NCBI GenBank assembly: GCA_016432445.1
Contig: CP066689.1
Location: forward strand, 1,071,690 to 1,103,689
Direction: 5' to 3'
Source: Candidatus Saccharimonadota bacterium
GTDB lineage: Bacteria > Patescibacteriota > Microgenomatia > UBA1406 > GWC2-37-13
Length of the DNA stretch: 32,000 bases
The notes under the pieces were generated by a model. It was not told the origin of the DNA and made no database searches. It was given only the letters and a program-made list of their open reading frames with translations. Position numbers and translations under genes: made by a program. Below are positions 7,169 through 12,898 of the stretch, piece by piece; position 1 is the first letter of the stretch, and every line of letters begins with the position of its first letter.

Positions 7169-7311
7169 CCCCTCTTCTTAAGAGGGGTGGACTCCGACGT
7201 AACGTCGGAGGACGGGGTGTTTTAAACAATAAAAACACCTCACCCCGCTCAGCGGGGGACTCCTCTTACAAAGAGGAGAATAATTCTGTCATCCCGCACT
7301 TGATGCGGGAT
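7169..7311 (+). promoter_or_regulatory. Six-hairpin structured leader upstream of (and overlapping the start of) the LamG giant gene
   Basis: The hairpins are: cccctct-tctta-agagggg (7169-7187); ctccgacg-taa-cgtcggag (7192-7210); ggtgtttt-N8-aaaacacc (7216-7239); ccccgc-tca-gcgggg (7243-7257); ctcctct-tacaa-agaggag (7260-7278, whose 3' arm carries AGGAG); and atcccgca-cttga-tgcgggat (7291-7311, which contains ATG 7303). Confidence 0.65.
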
Positions 7312-10300
7312 CTAGCGAAGCGTAGGCTTTTACTAATCTCTTTACTCATCATCCTCATCGGCCTGCCTATCGTCTTTCTTTCCCTGAAATATCAATCCAA
7401 AACCGAAGCCGCATGGTATAACGAAAACTGGACATATCGTCAAACTGTCGCTATCACCAACTCCGGCACTGCTCAAACTGATTTCCAAGTGTCTATCGGT
7501 ATCGGTACCTCCGCCTTAATTGTCTCTGGTAAAATGCAATCAGACTGTGATGACCTAAGAGTTACTGATATTAATGGAAAAATTCTGCCCTTCTGGATTG
7601 AGCCTACAACCTGCAATAACGCTACAAACAGCACAACAGTTTGGGTAAAAGCTCCCTCAATCTCAACATCAGGTACAACGCTTTATGTATACTATGGTAA
7701 TCCATCTGCCCCCTCCGGAGCCTCTGCCACCACCCAGGTTTTTATCAGGGAAATCAGCAACCTGCAGGGATCTTGGAACTTGGATGAATCCTCAGGCACC
7801 TCTATAGCTGATTCTTCCGGGAACGGCAACACCGGCACCCTGGCTAATGCCCAGGAAACAAACACCACTCTGACTGCCTCAACCTCAACCTCAATTTCTG
7901 ACACCAACAACGGCAATCTCTCAACTGGTCAGGGTTACGATCTCAATGGCATATATAATGGTATGACTTTAACCATGTCCGGCGCCAGCTGTAATGTTAA
8001 TGGCGAATCACGGACAATATCAGACTATACAGGAGCCACCAAAACTATTACTGTTTCCTCTGCCTTTTCCGCCACTCCCAATACTGCAAATTGCGGCTAT
8101 ACCATTAATCACCATATAGCAGGTAAATTTGGCAATGGTATGGCCTATGATGGAGCCATGGATGTCGGTGATCAAATCACCACCATCAACAATGCCGGAT
8201 TAAATATTACAGGCTCTTTGACAATGGAGTTTTGGATGAAGTTCCCAAGTGGCGCAGGAGGTTATTATAATGCATATATGGGTAAGAGTTCTGATAATTA
8301 TCTTATTCATTCTTATTATGGACAAGTTATATTCATAATTTCAAATGGCAGTTATAGCAGTAATTTTAATAATTGCCAGACTCCTACCAACTGGAATCAC
8401 TTTGTCGCTACCTGGGATGGTTCTACCAGGAGGACATATGCGAATGGCTCTCTGTGTACTTCCACTTCTGTGACAACAGCTCCTGCAAGTGATAGTGGAG
8501 GTATTACTATTGGATCAGGTGGCGCTCTTAATTGGCCAACAGTCATGGATGAGGCTAAAATTTATAACAAAGCTTTATCTCAAGCAGAAATTTCTGATTT
8601 ATATGGCACTGGGAGCAACCAGGGTTATACCACCAGTAACTATGCCAATAAAGTTTTGGTGAGAAAGTTTTCCTCATCAGTTTCTGTTGGTTCTCCGGGC
8701 AGTGAAACCCAGGGCCCGGGACCTGTTGGTTACTGGTCCTTTGACGACGGTCAGGGTACAGTCGCTCAGGATAAAAGTTCCTCCAAAAACAATGGAACAA
8801 TTTCTGGCGCTACTTGGACAACAGAAGACCAATGTATATCAGGCAAGTGTTTAAAGTTTGATGGTAGCAATGACGTTGTAACAGTTCCTGATAGTAATGC
8901 TCTTACCCCCACAGATATTACCTTCTCCATGTGGATAAAATCCCCAAGTATTACCGGCAGCCAAACCTTTTTAGGAAAATGGTATACCGGTACAAATCAA
9001 CGCTCTTATTACCTCTATACGGGCAGTTCTAATGTTGGTCTTTGTATTTCCAAAGATGGCACAGATCCAGGAGCTTCTTGCGCAGGTTCAGCCAACAATA
9101 CCCTGACTAATAATACTTGGTATCACATAACGGCCACCTATCATTATGTGACTGATGGGACTTCAGTGATCCAAATTTATATAAATGGCGTACTTAGCGG
9201 AAGCAGCTCAACCGTTGGAGGTCCTATATACAATAGTACAGGCAATCTTAATATCAGCACTTATGACGGAACAAACCAACCCTTCAATGGCTTCATAGAC
9301 GAACCTAAGATTTATCCTTATGCCCGGACTGCTGCCCAGGTCAAGACAGACTATAATTCGCGAGGATCTGCAGTAAAATCCGGTTCAGGCACTGCTTTAG
9401 GAGCAAAAAATCAAGATTATCTCTCCAACGGCCTGGTTGGCTACTGGAAAATGGATGAAACAGCTTCTCCTGCTGTTGATTCCTCGGGGAATGGAAATAG
9501 CGGCACCTGGACTGGCGATGCTACTTCTGCTGTTGGTAAGTTTGGGAATGGAGTAACTTTGGATGGAACAGGCGATTATGTATCTCTTGGCAACCCCGCC
9601 GTACTTCGCTATGGCAGCGCTATTACTTTAAGTGTCTGGGTTAAGCCCACTGTTACTTTACAAAGCGGATCTCCTGCTGAATCATTCATCCGTAAGGAAA
9701 GCGGTTGGAGCGGCTACGATCTTTTTTACGATGGTACCAATGGACGTATTATGGCTATCTTAGATAACGGAACTTTTAACGGTTATGTTACTTATAATAC
9801 TAACTTAACTGCTGGAACCTGGTATCACATAGTTCTGACCTACGATAATTCAACAGGAGTTATTTATGTCAACGGAGCGCAAGCCGCCAGCCGGTCTTTT
9901 GCTACCACAGTCGCAGACTCAGGCGTTAATCTTACCTTGGGAGCTGCTGACGGAGGTTCATCAGCCTTTAACGGAGTCTTGGACGAGGCCAGGATTTATA
10001 ACCGGGCCCTTTCACCTGGTGAGGTGAGCCAGCTTTACAACTGGGCCCCAGGACCACTAGCCTACTGGAATATGGACGAAGCCTCAGGCAATTTAACTGA
10101 CAGTTCAGGAAACGGATACACAGGTACAGCATCAAGCTTAACTGTTGTTCCTGGTAAATACGGCAAAGCAAGAAGCTTCAACGGGAGTTCTAGCACAGTT
10201 ACGGGATCTGTCAGTTTCAATGCTGGTTATACGGTTTCATTGTGGGTTAATTCTGCAGGAAACGCCAGCGGCACACAAATGATTTGGGAAGGACAAGATC

Positions 10301-12789
10301 TTTCTGCTCCATCATTGGAAGGTAATGATACTGGATACCTTTTTTACATGAACAATTCCAACAGTCTTAACACAGGAGCTTTAAGTACAAATCGCTGGTA
10401 TTATGTGACTGCCACCTATGATGGCTCAAATCAACGATTATATATTGATGGAGTTCTAAAAGGAACAAACACATCTGTTGCTTCTGATAGCGTAACCACG
10501 TTCTACCTTGCAAATAGAGCTGGTAATAGTCTTTATTGGAATGGAACTCTGGATGACGTCAAGATTTACAACTACGCCCGTACATCTAAGCAGATTGTCG
10601 AGGACATGAATGCCGGCCATCCGGCAGTCGGCTCTCCGGTTGGATCGGCTCTAGCTCATTGGAAATTCGATGAGGGATATGGCTCGACCGCAAATAATAG
10701 CGGTAATGGAGGGAACACTCTAAACGGCACTCTCGGCACCGGCTCCTCCGCCCCAACATGGACAAACAACGGAAAATTCGGCAAAGCTTTAAGTTTCGAC
10801 GGAACAAACGATTATGTCAGTATCCCAGATTCGGATGCTTTTAATTTTGGCACTGGAGATTTTACTATCAACTTATGGTTTAATAACGCAGGGACAACGG
10901 TTTCTTATCCTGCTTTAATAAGCACATACGGAGGGTGGTCAAGCGGGTCGTTTGGAATAAGGCATGATAATAACGGGGCTGCAAGTAAAGTTACAGTCCA
11001 CTGGAATCCAGTAGGAGATCCATTTATAACCTCCACGAATACTTTTGCAGACAATACATGGAATTATGTCTCTTTAGTCAGATCAGGAACATCGTTTACC
11101 CTGTATGTAAATGGCAAGATTGAGGGGACAGGGACATCGGCAACTGCTTTGGACTTGGCTTATGGAGGAAATGTTGATATTGGTTGGGGTCCGTGGGATG
11201 GCGCAAGTGGTTATTGGAAAGGTTTAATTGATGAGGTTAAAGTTTACAACTATGCCCTAACTGCTGATGAGGTCAAGCTTGATTATAACAGAGGTTCTTC
11301 TTTAGTTTTAGGTTCACTTTCTGTAAATACAGGCAATACAGCGCCCATTTCTGCCGCTTCTCAAGAATACTGCGTGCCCGGTGACTCCACCTCCTGCGCC
11401 TCACCAGTTGGACAGTGGGATTTTAACGAAGGCGTTGGAGCAACCGCATTTGACACGTCCGGCAACGGCAATGTCGGTTACTGGAACGGCACCGGCTCCC
11501 ACTGGACAAATGGAAAATATGGCAAAGCCGGCAACTTTAACGGTAGTGACGATTATGTTTCCACGAGCTCTACTTTTGAAACAACTAGTGCTACTTGGGA
11601 AGTATGGATAAATCTTAATAACTTCACCGCAACAGGAGGATATAGTCCTCATATACTCTATCAAGCTGATGGGAGTGGTGCTCATGAAACCAGAATAGTT
11701 GTTAATACTAATGGCACTGTTGCTTGGAATGTTTATTCTACCTCTTACCAATGTCAATTAACATCAACAACAACATTAGCAATAGGTAATTGGTATCATA
11801 TTGCAAGTCAATATGGTGCAAATGGATGCAATCTTTATATTAATGGGGTAAGAGAAGCTAATAATTCTACTACTAACGGCCCAGGAACTGGTGCTGTCAG
11901 ATTTGCGATAGGTAGGTTAGATTTCAACTCAACAGGCTTTACTAATGGCAAAATTGATCAAGTCCGGATTTTTGACTATGCCCGGAGTGCGGCCCAGATT
12001 GCCTGGGATTATAACCGGGGCGGGCCGGTTGGCTGGTGGAAGCTGGATGAAGGACAAGGCTCGACTGCTTTTGATTCATCAGGCATTGGAAATACTGGAA
12101 GTATTAATATTGGAGCTTCAGGAACTCAAACCTCAATCGGCACAGGCAGCAGCGCCGGCACAGCTTGGGGCAATGGAGTAACTGGAAAATTTAACTATTC
12201 TTTAAATTTTGACGGGACAGATGATTTTATTGGTCTGGGCAGTAGTGTTCCTTCAGCATTGCAGATTCAAAATGAGATTACTCTTTCTGCCTGGATTTAT
12301 GCTACATCCTACCCTGCTTCCGATACTCTAAGCATGATTGTCGGCAGCCAGAATGATACTAATACACAGGGCATAAGCATCTTTTTGGACGGCAGAACGA
12401 ATCCTGATAGCCAAACATCACCGGCAGGACACATTCATTTTCAGATAGGTGACGGCTCATGGCACACAACTAACGCTAACGCTGCTGTTTCTCTTAATCA
12501 GTGGGTTCATATTGTTGCCACAAGAAAAGCTAACGAAAACGCCAAGATTTATTACAACGGCGTCCCGCAGCCTATAACCAGTGTCGCTTGGACAGGAGCC
12601 ATCACTTATACGGCTGCACAGCTTAACATAGGCAGACAAAGGGATGCCAGCGGAAGTACGTACCGCTATTTTAATGGTCAAATTGATGATGTGAAAATAT
12701 TCAACTATGCCTTAACAGCAGACCAGGTTACAAATTTATATAACGGCGGGGCGGCCTTGAGATGGGGACCGAATACAGGTAGTCCGTAG
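7303..12789 (+). CDS. Membrane-anchored giant surface protein: TM anchor + DUF2341 + seven LamG (Laminin_G_3 / concanavalin-A-like lectin) repeats
   Basis: The ORF track frame is 7090..12789. I place the start at the in-frame ATG 7303, giving MRDLAKRRLLLISLLIILIGLPIVFLSL (basic N-terminus plus TM), because 7090-7302 is the hairpin array. DUF2341 signature: WTYRQTVAITNSG...DCDDLRVTD..G..LPFWIE...TTVWVKAPSIS..GTTLYVYYGNP (about 7429-7720). Seven units begin with W-x-[FLM]-[DN]-E..G....D.SGNGN.G and end with [FL][ND]G.[IL]D[ED].[KR][IV][YF]N.AL[ST]. Confidence 0.85.
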   Translation: MRDLAKRRLLLISLLIILIGLPIVFLSLKYQSKTEAAWYNENWTYRQTVAITNSGTAQTDFQVSIGIGTSALIVSGKMQSDCDDLRVTDINGKILPFWIEPTTCNNATNSTTVWVKAPSISTSGTTLYVYYGNPSAPSGASATTQVFIREISNLQGSWNLDESSGTSIADSSGNGNTGTLANAQETNTTLTASTSTSISDTNNGNLSTGQGYDLNGIYNGMTLTMSGASCNVNGESRTISDYTGATKTITVSSAFSATPNTANCGYTINHHIAGKFGNGMAYDGAMDVGDQITTINNAGLNITGSLTMEFWMKFPSGAGGYYNAYMGKSSDNYLIHSYYGQVIFIISNGSYSSNFNNCQTPTNWNHFVATWDGSTRRTYANGSLCTSTSVTTAPASDSGGITIGSGGALNWPTVMDEAKIYNKALSQAEISDLYGTGSNQGYTTSNYANKVLVRKFSSSVSVGSPGSETQGPGPVGYWSFDDGQGTVAQDKSSSKNNGTISGATWTTEDQCISGKCLKFDGSNDVVTVPDSNALTPTDITFSMWIKSPSITGSQTFLGKWYTGTNQRSYYLYTGSSNVGLCISKDGTDPGASCAGSANNTLTNNTWYHITATYHYVTDGTSVIQIYINGVLSGSSSTVGGPIYNSTGNLNISTYDGTNQPFNGFIDEPKIYPYARTAAQVKTDYNSRGSAVKSGSGTALGAKNQDYLSNGLVGYWKMDETASPAVDSSGNGNSGTWTGDATSAVGKFGNGVTLDGTGDYVSLGNPAVLRYGSAITLSVWVKPTVTLQSGSPAESFIRKESGWSGYDLFYDGTNGRIMAILDNGTFNGYVTYNTNLTAGTWYHIVLTYDNSTGVIYVNGAQAASRSFATTVADSGVNLTLGAADGGSSAFNGVLDEARIYNRALSPGEVSQLYNWAPGPLAYWNMDEASGNLTDSSGNGYTGTASSLTVVPGKYGKARSFNGSSSTVTGSVSFNAGYTVSLWVNSAGNASGTQMIWEGQDLSAPSLEGNDTGYLFYMNNSNSLNTGALSTNRWYYVTATYDGSNQRLYIDGVLKGTNTSVASDSVTTFYLANRAGNSLYWNGTLDDVKIYNYARTSKQIVEDMNAGHPAVGSPVGSALAHWKFDEGYGSTANNSGNGGNTLNGTLGTGSSAPTWTNNGKFGKALSFDGTNDYVSIPDSDAFNFGTGDFTINLWFNNAGTTVSYPALISTYGGWSSGSFGIRHDNNGAASKVTVHWNPVGDPFITSTNTFADNTWNYVSLVRSGTSFTLYVNGKIEGTGTSATALDLAYGGNVDIGWGPWDGASGYWKGLIDEVKVYNYALTADEVKLDYNRGSSLVLGSLSVNTGNTAPISAASQEYCVPGDSTSCASPVGQWDFNEGVGATAFDTSGNGNVGYWNGTGSHWTNGKYGKAGNFNGSDDYVSTSSTFETTSATWEVWINLNNFTATGGYSPHILYQADGSGAHETRIVVNTNGTVAWNVYSTSYQCQLTSTTTLAIGNWYHIASQYGANGCNLYINGVREANNSTTNGPGTGAVRFAIGRLDFNSTGFTNGKIDQVRIFDYARSAAQIAWDYNRGGPVGWWKLDEGQGSTAFDSSGIGNTGSINIGASGTQTSIGTGSSAGTAWGNGVTGKFNYSLNFDGTDDFIGLGSSVPSALQIQNEITLSAWIYATSYPASDTLSMIVGSQNDTNTQGISIFLDGRTNPDSQTSPAGHIHFQIGDGSWHTTNANAAVSLNQWVHIVATRKANENAKIYYNGVPQPITSVAWTGAITYTAAQLNIGRQRDASGSTYRYFNGQIDDVKIFNYALTADQVTNLYNGGAALRWGPNTGSP

Positions 12790-12795
12790 TGAAAT

Positions 12796-12891
12796 CCCCT
12801 CTTTGCAAGAGGGGTGGATTCCGCCAAAGGCGGAAGACGGGGTGTTTTATAAAACACCTCGGCCTTCGGCCACTCCTCTTACAAAGAGGAG
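12796..12891 (+). promoter_or_regulatory. Five-hairpin structured leader in the 109-nt gap between the LamG gene and the fibre gene; the last hairpin pairs the SD
   Basis: The hairpins are: cccctct-ttgca-agagggg (12796-12814); ttccgcc-aaa-ggcggaa (12819-12835); ggtgtttt-at-aaaacacc (12841-12858); ggcc-ttc-ggcc (12861-12871); and ctcctct-tacaa-agaggag (12873-12891). AGGAG at 12887-12891 lies 7 nt before ATG 12899. Confidence 0.7.
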
Positions 12892-12898
12892 AATAAAA

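Noticed and set aside
7090-7302. N-terminal extension of the LamG ORF from TTG 7090 or ATG 7105, and likewise 12803-12898 for the fibre ORF.
   Set aside because: Both extensions consist of the hairpin array. The reading frame across the array is not conserved between copies. Good starts (ATG 7303 with basic residues plus TM; ATG 12899 with AGGAG-N7) lie just downstream.
7692-12681. Small ORFs inside the LamG gene on either strand (7692..7916 -, 8555..8800 -, 9968..10171 -, 10586..10807 -, 11381..11611 +, 11401..11757 -, 11945..12181 +, 12457..12681 -).
   Set aside because: They are fully nested in a 1.8k-aa ORF with clear domain repeats. Their Arg/Cys/Pro-rich composition is typical of out-of-frame reading, and none has an independent signal.
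6126-12891. The hairpin arrays or heptamer arrays as CRISPR arrays.
   Set aside because: There is no constant-length direct repeat alternating with unique spacers. The units are different palindromes placed side by side or 7-nt tandem repeats. No cas genes are present.
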